Part shown: positions 1 to 10,435 of the stretch, in pieces
How positions within the stretch are numbered: the stretch's first letter is position 1
Layout: the number at the start of each line of letters is the position of its first letter
Source: Trichodelitschia bisporula
Lineage: Eukaryota
Direction of reading: 5' to 3'
Length of the DNA: 64,000 nt
Assembly (NCBI GenBank): GCA_010356995.1
Contig: ML996696.1
Coordinates: 622,364 to 686,363 of the forward strand
Notes under the pieces: generated by a model
Told to the model about the DNA's origin: nothing
The model's input: the letters and a program-made list of their open reading frames with translations, nothing else
Databases searched by the model: none
Position numbers and translations under genes: made by a program

Positions 1-1043
1 CCTTGACTTCCCTGGCTAATTCGCGTGTGTGTGTCTCGGCTGCGCGTATTTGTTCCATGGCCGTGCGCACTGCTGCGCCCTCTACGTAGCCCGCGTACAC
101 GACAGCGACCACGCCGTCCACGGCGCCTGCCTCCGAGGCATCGCCCAGCGGGTGTGCGGCCTCGCTCCGCAGCACGCGCCGCACGTGGCCCGCTGCGCTC
201 TGGCGCAGCAGCGCCAGGACCAGGTCCGGCATGTCAGGGCGCCAGACCACGTTTTCCGCAGCCATGGGTCCGAGTTTGCCCTTTTGGCGCTTGGTGAGCG
301 CGCGCTCGTAGTGGCCTTTCGTGGCGAGGGAGGCGATTAGGGGCGCGGAGAGATTGAGGTACGAGGCTGAGGCGCCGGGGGTGAGCGGGGTGGGGGGGTT
401 GCGCCATCGCGGGGATTCCTCGTGCAGGATGCTGGCGCCGAAGGATGCTTCGTGGAAGAGCGTGTCTGGTATTAGGGCGGGGGCGTGGGGTGGGTGCGGT
501 GCGTGTTGGACTGTGAAGCGCAGGAGGAGGGCGCGGGGGAGGCGCGTGTTTGTTACGGGGCAGTTGCGGACTTGGGAGGCGAGGGTGTTTGCTGGGGGGT
601 GTTAGAGGGTTTTGGTGAGGGGGGGTTTGGCGGAACGTACCGAATGCGTTTGCGTACAGCTTACGCTGGAATGAAGTCTTGTCCGCGTATGCGGGCTCTG
701 CGGCTTTGGGCGCTGTGTGCTTTGCGCGCTGGGCGATGAGCGAGGGGTCCATGAGGGGGGAGAGGGGGAGGGGGGAGAAGGGCCCGCGGCGGGGACGGAG
801 GTTGCGTGGGTGATGTGCGGTGTTGCTGGCGGCATCTGGGAGAGGGTTTGGAGGGCCATCTTCTATTGCGGGAGCTGTAGAGCCTTCTGGTGGGAGAGAC
901 GTAGAGCTATCTTCCGTCGAGGAAGCTGTAGAGGGTATCCGGAACGAGCCATCCCAACCCCGCGCCTGTGAGCTGTATCCGGACCGACATAACTGGCATT
1001 GAAGTCGCACGGGGCGTGTTGGCCATAATCGTGGCGGTGGCAT
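1..1043 (-). CDS. Conserved fungal protein, RRG8-like (probably mitochondrial); 3' end runs off the window
   Basis: ATG at 1043 (MPPPRLWPTRP...). Intron 592-640 (GTACGT...CTAAC...CAG) joins ...LPLSPLMDP...FQRKLYANAF to A-NTLASQVRNCPVTNTRLPRALLL. The LAxxVRxCxxTxxRLP motif matches my recollection of the RRG8-like family; product is tentative. Confidence 0.55.
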
Positions 1044-1201
1044 ATTCGATGTGCGGTGCGGCGGGGAGCGGAGGTGCCGCGAGGTGGATGAAGTTTTGGC
1101 GCGGGCGCGCGGCTGGCTGCGCGCGATTGGCGCTAGGGCTGCATCCCACAACCTCACCTCCCTCGCCCAACTGCACGTGCGCACGACGTTTGCGCCTCGA
1201 C

Positions 1202-2101
1202 ATGAAGTCCATTTCGCTGTTAATACGAGGTGGGAGAGCGGTGCGGAGCGTTAGGGGGTTTGCGAGTGCGACGAGAAGGGGGGCGCCGCCGATGGGATGG
1301 ACCCCAACGCCGTATGTTACTGAGACGCTGGTGGGTGCGATGTGTACACGCTTGGGCTGAAGCTGATGATGCAGGGTGGAGGGTGGCATACGTGTAGGCC
1401 TCGGCTCGTCTGCTCGGGTGGTCATGCAGGCTGATGGTGTGTAGACGACATCTACTCGCGGCTCCTCAAGGCAAGCCAACCTTCGCGTGCACCCGCCGTC
1501 GCCATGACTGACGACTCAGGAACGCATCGTGTGTCTCAACGGCGAAGTCAACCAAGAATGCTCGGCCTCCATCGTTGCGCAGCTCCTCTTCCTCGAGGCT
1601 GAGAACCCGGACCGGCCCATCAGTCTCTACATCAACTCACCGGGCGGATCAGTAACAGCAGGTAAGGCCCCCGCTCCGCATGTTTTCCCCCGCTAAGCCC
1701 CAGGCCTCGCCATCTACGACACCATGACCTACATCCGCTCCCCCGTGTCCACCATCTGCGTTGGGCAAGCCGCATCCATGGGCTCGCTGCTTCTCTGCGG
1801 CGGCGCGCCTGGACAGCGCTTCTGTCTCCCGCACAGCAGCATCATGGTGCACCAGCCCAGCGGCGGGTACTTTGGCCAGGCGAGCGATATCGCGATCCAC
1901 GCGAAGGAGATTCTGCGCGTAAGACACCAGCTCAATCTCATCTACCAGCGGCACATGAGCAAGCCGCACGGTATTGATGCGATTGAGAAGCTGATGGAGC
2001 GCGACTATTTCATGGGCGCGCAGGAGGCGCTGGATCTGGGGATTGTGGATCGTGTGCTGGAGCGGAGGGAGGGGGAGGAGGACGCGGGGAAGGCGGTGTG
2101 A
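1202..2101 (+). CDS. clpP: Mitochondrial ATP-dependent Clp protease proteolytic subunit
   Basis: Exons 1202-1330, 1375-1393, 1445-1470, 1520-1661, 1704-2101 give an Arg-rich presequence, then [19 protein letters not shown]...AQLLFLEAE...[19 protein letters not shown]...[11 protein letters not shown]...IMVHQPSGG...ERDYFM, with the Ser-His-Asp triad. Intron 1471-1519 is GC-AG. Confidence 0.97.
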
Positions 2102-3012
2102 TTTGGTGATGATGATACTCATAAGACAGCCGTGGTTCAAGTTGAGGCTGGGACGACCGATCTGGCTGACATATGAAGTGATGCAATGCTCAGATCAGCT
2201 GGAAGGTGTAATCTGCCACTGTTTTGATACGAGAAGGAACGTATGCAGTTGTTGAAAGGCACGAGCGGCGGACACGACCAGTTCTGTTCTCGTTTCATGG
2301 AGCGCCTCTCATCTTTCACCTCTCATCTCTACGCACCTAAACCTGTATCAACATCGTCAACCTCGCATCTCCCACCTCTCCTTTCTACTCACCCAAAGCC
2401 TTTTAAAACACCTCCTCTCCATCAGGATGTTCATACCTCTGTGCTTCTTCCAGCAAGTGCAATTCCTCCTCATGCTATGCATGACTGCGCTCTAACCACC
2501 CGACCGTACCCATAGTGGCTACCGATATCCGCACTTACCCATGCCCCGCCCGAGCGGCGACCCTAGATCCTTCCACGCTAAACCCCAAACCGGGATCGCC
2601 TCCTCGAAATGGAAGGCCCCGCGGACCGGAAAAGCAGGCAAAGTCCCTATGTGGGCAGAACCGCGGTCAAGTTTAAGTTACGCCGCTACCGTCATGTCAC
2701 CATCTCGCAACCCTGTCGGCTCTTCCGGGCTGTGACGACGGGTTCAGAGCGCCCTGACCTTGTCCGCAGAGCGAGAGGGTGAAACAGGGCAACGTATCGG
2801 GATTCTTGGCTTTATATACGTCTGGTGTGGCTGGAAGGCATGGCAGCGGAAGGTCAGACGTGCGAAAGAGGGTAGCAAGCAAGAATAGATGGATACTTTC
2901 AAACTATTGTCCCTGAACACAGGGGATCTCCTCAAACTAAGAATGGTATCATGAAAAGCACTCCCCTCAAACCACTCGGTCAAACTGAAATCCTGACGTC
3001 CGCAGCACGGCC

Positions 3013-4888
3013 TTACTTCTTCCCCCACGTAACCCCACATGCCGTCGTCGAGCCCACAACATCCACCTCCTGCGTCGTGGTGTAGATGTACACCTCGTAG
3101 ATGGTGCTCGCACCCCACGTCGTCGGCTCGTTGTCGTCGCCGATGTACACCGTGACCACACCGTCCGGCGCCTCGGTGATGGTGCTGGTATACGTGGCTT
3201 CCGTGACGATGCTGCTGTGCTCCGTTGTCGGGACGGCAGAGCAGCCCGGCTGGAGGGCTTGTTAGCAAGATGCCAAGGAATGACTGAGGGGCATGCTTAC
3301 GCGGGGCAGCGGAATCTCCGGCGCATTGATGATGACGGGCCCAAGAGCGGGCAGATCCCACGTCGGGATCGGAACGTAGCTCGTGACGGTGCGGTACCAG
3401 TCGCCGCCGGGATACGCGCCACCGCCCCAGGCCGGGCCGCCAACCACAGTCTACACACATTAGCCCCTGTCATAACATCCGCATCCCATAAGACTCACGG
3501 TGACACGCGGAGGCGGGCCCCTCCACCCACCATCCCGCCCCCAGTTCCCCCAATTCCCGCCCCAGTTCCCACCATTCCCGCCCCAGTTCCCGCCATTCTG
3601 CCCATGGTTCGGGTTCCCCGGACGATTGTCCCAGTTTCCACCGTTCCAGTTCCCGCCACCAGGACGCGGACCAGGGCCGTCGTGGTTCCCTCCACGCGGT
3701 CCCTCGCCCCCCTTCCACCCCCCGCCCGGATTGCCCTGCCCGGGCCTAGGCCCATTGTTCCCAGGGAAATTGGGCGGCGATTGTCCGTTCCCGGGCCTAG
3801 GCCCATTGTTCCCAGGGAAATTGGGCGGCGATTGTCCGTTCCCGGGCCGGGGCCCATTGTTCCCAGGGTTGCCCTGCCCTGGCCTCGGCCCGTTGTTGCC
3901 GGGGAAGTTCGGCTGGCCGCCGCCGGGCTTCGGTCCATTGTTGCCCTGGCCGGGCCTCGGCTGGTTGTTTCCGGGGAAGCTAGGCGCGCCGCCACCGGGT
4001 TTCGGCCCGTTGCCCCCACCTTGGGGGTGTTGGGGCTGCTGCTGGCCCCCGCCCGGACGCGGACCCTGCTGACCGCCGCCGGGCTTGGGGCCTTGTTGAC
4101 CGCCGCCGGGGCGCGGGCCTTGTTGGCCGCCGCCGGGACGGGGGCCTTGTTGACCGCCCTGGGAATGTTAGCTTAGCACAGGAGGGTATGCTGGCGCGGC
4201 GAGAGGAAAGCATCGAAGGGTCCGCCACACGCCGCCGGGCCTCGGCCACCACCACCGCCCTTTAGCCCTCCACCACCACGCGATGCACTCACGCCTTGAG
4301 GCGGGCGCGGCCCCCCGCCACCACCTGGGCCGCCGCCAAACTTCGGCCCCCCACCGCCTCCGCCACCGGGTCTGGGTCCTCCTCCGCCTGGGCCGCCGCC
4401 GCCGGGTCTTGGGCCCCCACCGCCGCCTCCGGGGGGTTTCTGGGGGATTGGGTTAGGGGTTTGTGCTGGTGCTGGGATGTGGGAGGAGAGGGAGTCGGGT
4501 GTGGGCTGGGTTTGTGCTTACCCCGCCGCCGCCGGGTCGGCCGCCCGGGCCGCCGCCGTGGTTCTTGCGGGGTGTTAGGGAGGGTGCTGGTGCTGGTGCT
4601 TGGGTGGGAGGGAGTTGGGTTGAGCTGGGATGGGCTGGATTGTGCTTACCCCACCGCCTCCGGGTCGGCCGCCGCCGCCACCGTGGTTCTTGTGGGGTGT
4701 CAGAGGGCATGTGCTTGGAGAGAGGGGGGGGGAGAGGGTGAGCTTACACCACCGCCGTTCTTTTGGGCGAGGATGGTTGTGCTGTGGATGGTTAGCTGTG
4801 TTGGGGACTTTCTCTTGGAGATGGCGTACCTGAACAGGAACAGCAGCATCATAAGACGCGTGAGCGTCAGCGTCATTTTGGTCGGCAT
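3013..4888 (-). CDS. Secreted Gly/Pro/Asn/Gln-rich repetitive protein (~455 aa, 8 exons) with a Thr/Val-rich C-terminal domain containing 2 Cys
   Basis: Exons 4888-4830, 4781-4748, 4688-4650, 4563-4522, 4439-4293, 4158-3499, 3450-3301, 3249-3013 splice in frame to TAA. Signal-peptide-like MTLTLTRLMMLLFLFSTTILA-QK; repeats GGQQGPRPG, PGNNGPRPG and GGNWG. Each intron has a GT donor and CTRAY branch point. Confidence 0.85.
3739..3867. repeat. 51-bp coding tandem repeat (~2.5 copies)
   Basis: cccgggcctaggcccattgttcccagggaaattgggcggcgattgtccgtt starts at 3739 and 3790, with a partial third copy at 3841. Encodes NGQSPPNFPGNNGPRPG on the minus strand. Confidence 0.95.
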
Positions 4889-7211
4889 ATTTTCAATCGA
4901 ACTGCTGGTCGCGATGTAAAGGAAAGTAAAAGGTCGGCTGACGGATCAAGAAGAGCGAGTTGGTCGACTCCTTAGTGGCAAGAGAAAGGAATGTACGAGC
5001 TTACAAGAGTGAACCCCGTTCCTCGGACGCGGGGGGGCCCGCCAGCTTAAGAACCCGTCCGCATTGGCCGCGAGATGCAAAAGACGCAGACCCCCCTCTT
5101 CCCAGCAGCCACATCACGAACCCGGTTTTTGGGCCTCCGCACCCACATGCGCAGTAGATTGCCAGTGTCAGGACACCGAAGTGCCCTCGTCGGCCATATC
5201 GCGCATAGTGGCACACGGACCGCCGCAGCCAATGGCGCAGGCCGCGCATATTGATGCGCGCACTCGGCACCGCTTGTGCACAATGAGCTCCCGGATTAAG
5301 GGCGAACGCGCCTGTCAAGCACCTGGTGACATAGATTATAGTGGCGTCAGGAGAGGGCAGTGGGAGTGCGTTGCCCGTGGCAAGGTGTGGGACAATGCGC
5401 GTTCCTGCGACGCCTCCGCGGGGGACCTGCAGCGGCGACACATAGTGAGCGCAATTAAGGCCGGACAATGAGAGCAGGACCGGCGACCAAGTGGTGTACC
5501 TGCGCAAGCGGCGATTGGTGCCTAACACTCGCGATTACGGCCGCGGCGTGGGCAGATTGCTTCACGGCCACTGCGGCTTGGCTCGGCCACGGTCGGCTTT
5601 CACACTGAGGACTTACATCCGTCGGGTAGAGCAGATCGTCGACGTGGGCATATGAGGTGTGTGCCCGGGTGATCCACGTTGGCAGTAAGCTTCGCCTGCC
5701 GTATCTTGCACGGGCGCACGTTGAGCGCTCCAGATGACGATGGCTAAAGCCGCCGGCCGGAAGGGTCACCCGCGAGCGGGAATACCGATTGGCATCGCAA
5801 CCTTTGGGCTTCGGTAATTGGGGTAAATTTTCCCAAAGGCAGTCGGCAGTCGTAATGTGCGCAGCCGGACGCAAGTGTTAAGTGAAAGACGCGCGGTCTG
5901 TAATGGATTGAGATTGCCAAGGGTGGCCTGCTCTATATATCAGAAGCTTAGCGAGGGCTCGAGATCAGATGAGGGGGATTATTTTGGGAAAGATAACCCG
6001 CGATCTTGGCTTGGCCCTGCAGCGGGCAGATCGGTAACAATTGCATCATGAAGGCGAAAGCTTGCGCAAAGCTGAAAATAGAGTCGAATGATGGTGTTCG
6101 TACTCGGAATGTTGCGCCGAAGGGGATGACGACAAAGTGGTGAAACATCACATATGTCGCAACTCGCAGATCGCAAATCTCGGGACCATGCACAGACTGA
6201 GCCAGGGCTCGACGTGGGGAAACATCGCCATCACAACCTTTTAGCACATAACATCCATGCCGCAGCTTCATCACCGTGTGGTTGACCGTCATCAGGCGGC
6301 AGATGGCGGGGTACGACTTTTCTCTGAGATCCTCGGATTAGCTCATATCTTCGACCATCGCGACAGGCTCATTTCCACTCACGGCAGACATTGGACTGTA
6401 AGGCCAGGCTAACAACACAAGTTAACAGGTTTTTTGAGACTCGGTCTTCACCCAGGCCAAGCCGTCGATAGTGGTGCCTCTCCACCGAGAATCTGTGACC
6501 CCGCTCCCGTCATATTGCTAGCTATATATAGCGGGCACGCAGGCTCATAACAGTGCAGGGGAGATCGCACCACGGCAGCTTCGGCCATGAACAGCTCCAA
6601 GCCTCGGATCTATGCCGTAAAGTCGATAAGATAGATAGTTCCGCCAGGCCCGTTCCTTCGTCTTCGGCAGCTGATGTTCGACGTCTGGAGGGAGATCCGT
6701 CGCTTGTCCGACCTCATGCTTAGCGTTCAGGCACAAAGGCACTAAGGCAAGCAGGCCAACGTCGTGAGCTCGACTCACATGCATACCATCCCTATCCTCG
6801 GCTAGTACATAGAGGGGCTCAGCAAAGAGATAAAGAGATAAAGAGTACATCCGTACTCCGTAGTCCCAGAAGCAAGGTGTGCGGTGAGCAAAACCCAGTT
6901 CTATGGGAACCGAAAAGGCAGTAAGCATGCCCGCTGCATGCCCAACGCACAGCAAACCAATCAAGAAAAGGTTTTATCCAATCACCAACAACGCCGCAAA
7001 ACCCCCCTGCTCACTCGCTCGCCCGAGCCACTCCTAGCGCCGCAAAGCCACTTGTGGCTGCATCAACCCTAGCCACCACAGCCACACAGTCACCACAACT
7101 CTCAAAAGGTCCGCAACCCGCACACGCCCTGAACTCCCCACCCATCCCCTCCCAGCCCAAAAAAGTCACCATACACTCCCAAACGCCATGTACGGTTCTC
7201 AAGACTGCACC

Positions 7212-8118
7212 TTATCCCCTTCGTCCGCTTGCGCCATTGTAAGGCCACCAACGCTGCAGAAACGCCAGTAGATCATTTTCCCCTTCAAGCACCTCCTCCA
7301 GCCGTTCGCGGCCGCGTGCCGCTCCAGTGGGCACTGAAAGGAGGCTCATGCTGATGCGCACGACGTCACGCACTGAGCCGGGTCGGTCGGAAAAGCGCTC
7401 CTATGGTTCGTTAGCCGTGTCCAGTCACAAGCGAACTGATATCGACATCTCGGAGCGACCGAGGGGCAGTCATTGAGATGCAAGGCTAACCGCAACGTCA
7501 TAGCATGCTCCATCGGGGAATTGGTGATGGGCGCTATGCGTTGCTCGATTTGCCCGGTGCGGGGGGCTGAGGTGTATTGGAAGGTACGTACCTCGACGCG
7601 CTGCATCCACTCCTGCACTTCGGCCATTGTCGGCCTTGCGTGTGGACTCGAGCTTTCGCCCTTGCCCACCGTTTCAATCGCTTCCGAATTTACGCCAGGC
7701 ATACTCGTTGGCAAGCCCGTTAGCGCACAGAGATACCCCCTCGCGGCGGCTCGCTGGGCAACCCCGTTTAGCGGCGCGGAGAGAAAGCATGCGAAGTGCT
7801 CGGTTAGTCGAGAGACCGGCGAGCAAAGGCGTGCGAGCCAAGTTTGAAAGTGCGCGAGGGGAATTTCGGCGTAGAGGAATTGAAGGAGGAGATTTTGGGG
7901 AGGTGGGGGGGAGGCGTAGCGCTGGGGTTTGGGTTAATGGGAGGTGAGGGGTGAGGGAGTGGAGAGCATACGGAAAGCTCATCGATCAGAGCAGCGAAGC
8001 GTGGCCAGTGGGGTGTATGGGGTTGAGAGAGGAAGACATCGATAGGGTTGAGACACTGTGATGTTAGGAGAAGGGGGCATGGTCGAAGGGGGAAGGGAAC
8101 TCTTACTTGGTGCGACAT
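7212..8118 (-). CDS. Small (204 aa) protein with two degenerate paired-amphipathic-helix (Sin3 PAH-like) domains
   Basis: CACC-ATG at 8118; exons 8118-8107, 8055-7972, 7921-7592, 7400-7212. Three phase-0 introns (GTAAGA..CTAAC..CAG, GTATGC..TTAAC..CAG, GTACGT..CTAAC..TAG) give an open frame to TAA. The C-terminal part EVQEWMQRVE|ERFSDRPGSVRDVVRI...RERLEEVLEGENDLLAFLQRWWP follows the PAH pattern. The gene model is better supported than the domain call. Confidence 0.75.
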
Positions 8119-10435
8119 GGTGGTGGTGGGTATGCGGGGACAAGAGAGTTATAAAGAGGACGACAGTGGTGGGAACAAAGCGAACAGCGGTATATGAACA
8201 GCAAGATATATTCCGACCTAAAGCATCGAGGCACAAGACGACAGATGGAACTTTGATTCCCGCAAACAGGAGCAGAGGGTGGGAAGTGAGGCGGATAAAT
8301 ACCCCGCGCACCGGAATACAAAAGCAGGTGGGTGATATCAGTTGAGGTGTATGGGGGCAGGCCCTGCGCCCTTTTAAAGCGCCCTACCCCCATCTGGGGC
8401 GCGCGGGTATACTTCATTCATTAGCTGCGGGTTAGGTTCGTCATCCATCTGCGAAAAGTAAGCCTTGTGCCCCAAAGTACAGAGCGCCCGGATCGCCCGG
8501 GGCCCCTGCTAAAGTGACTCCGACCCCGGGTTTTGGCATGGGTACAGTATTTTTGAACTTTGGGTATGCCGGGGTCGTGATGCTCCCATTGGCGCATGTC
8601 ACCCCCTTCGGTACAGTGCATCAGCTCGGGTGGTGCTCTGACCCCATCCGGTTAGCTTCCGTTGGTTTTCAGCGTATGAAAGACGGAATGCCCTCAGACG
8701 GTGGTGTAAACCCCACGCGACAGGGGGCCCGATGCATGTTCGTCTAGTTGCATATTGCGACGGAGTTGACAACACCTCCTGGTTTTCGGCTTTGGCGTAT
8801 TTACCAACGCGGGGTTGAGCAGATGAGCACCTCCTGCATCTCCATCCTGGTCTCGGGGCAAGAGAAGACTGAGGCCCAATATGCCCCGCGCGCATGGTTC
8901 AGTGCCTTTTCGCGCGCGCAATGCCGATAAAGTGATGCGCCACTCTTGGACCTGTGTTTCAGCCTCGTCCTCAGAGGATGCGTGTGCAAATTTTTCGAAA
9001 TTTGCGAGGAAGGCTGATAGGATGAGTTCTTGATCTGCACGGCTCTTCAAGACTGCAGGCTCGGGAAGCAGTACCTGAAACACTACTGGATACGAGAAGA
9101 CCGGTTACTGTACTGCGCGCACAATGCGGACTCTACAAGAGCATGTACAGCGGGAAAGATGCATTAAGCAAGGGTGCATCATCTCATCGAATCACCGACC
9201 CCCGTCGCCCTCATCCGCTGGCACGAGGGGTAAGGTGACGGGGGTAGTCAGTGAGGTACGCTAGGCTACAACAGGTTAGTCTAGGCAGCACAGCAGGGTG
9301 TGAGCCCTGCCCGGCCCGTCACCGGTTTCTCCTCACCTAACCCACACGCTATTCGAAAACGTGACGGGACTGCCTGTGGCGGTGACATGGTCTGCTGTGG
9401 CGGTGCGGCTTACTGAGCGGGAGGATACGGAGATGCATGTGCTGCGGCGGCGGCCTGATGCACGTGCCATTGTGAGCAAGCGGTGCAGGAGAGGATTGGA
9501 CGAGAAGATATTCATGGCTGCGTGGATCGTGCCATGTATGCTGTTCCCGTGCGGGGTGGAGGGGTTGGGGGACTCGCCCGTCAGGCGTTTTCGAGCGAGT
9601 TTTCAGCTGCGACCCGCTGGCACGTGTTTTTCCTATTGAATGCTCTCGAATCAGCTTCTGATAAATAAATAGAGTGCTGACAGAATGTCAACTTAATGTT
9701 CAACCGTTTGCATTTGCCACTGTTGATGGAGGCGTACGATGGTCATGTTCGTTGTATGCTGGCAGAGCCGAATTTGGTTGGGGCTCAGGCTGCATGTCAA
9801 CTTCCATCTTTTGGGGAAAGCGATCGACTTGTGACTGAGTATTGAACTTATGCATCCAAATCAAGCTCAGACTAGCGCTTTGCAATGTAGTTGGCGGGTC
9901 GTAGGGTTGCGATGGGCAGAATTCCTCACTGAAGGTCTCAATTCCGCCGTGACGTTGATGAAGTCCCATGGTTATCGGACATGTCCGAGAAGCGATAAAT
10001 GTGCAAGCCGCAGCATTATCGCTTATCGCGGTTCAGAAAAAAAGTCGAGGACTGATCACGGAGACTGCCGCCTCGTGGAAATTCTGGAATCAGCTTGGCA
10101 AGGGAGAGGTCGTGCGAGCCTCCGAAAGTTCAAGATGGACAGAGCGATGGAGAGCGGCGGTCGAACTCGTGCCAAGCGCAGGTACCAGGTACCGGTATGG
10201 CACAACCCGCCCGCCAATCAGCGATCGAGCGAGGTATCCCAGCCAACCGATGTGCAAGGGTTCCTACAAACACTTGAGCGACCGTCATTGTTACAATCCA
10301 TAATCATTCTGCTCTGCATCTTCACCATCTTCCCAAATCACTTTTATTCGCATCGCTGCCAACTTACGTTGTCGCACTGTTATTGCTGATTCGGTACCAT
10401 TGTTGTGTATGGTTTTCATCCACTAGAGAATCATC

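Noticed and set aside
2531..2545. ACTTACC resembling the U1 snRNA 5' end
   Set aside because: No U1-70K loop, no ATTGCAC U1A loop and no Sm site follow it.
3217..4176. Plus-strand ORFs of 319 and 190 aa
   Set aside because: Antisense shadows of the repetitive Gly-rich gene; the splice signals and signal peptide are on the minus strand.
8694..9083. 129-aa minus-strand ORF with a helical-looking segment
   Set aside because: No credible start or splice path, and no recognisable motif.
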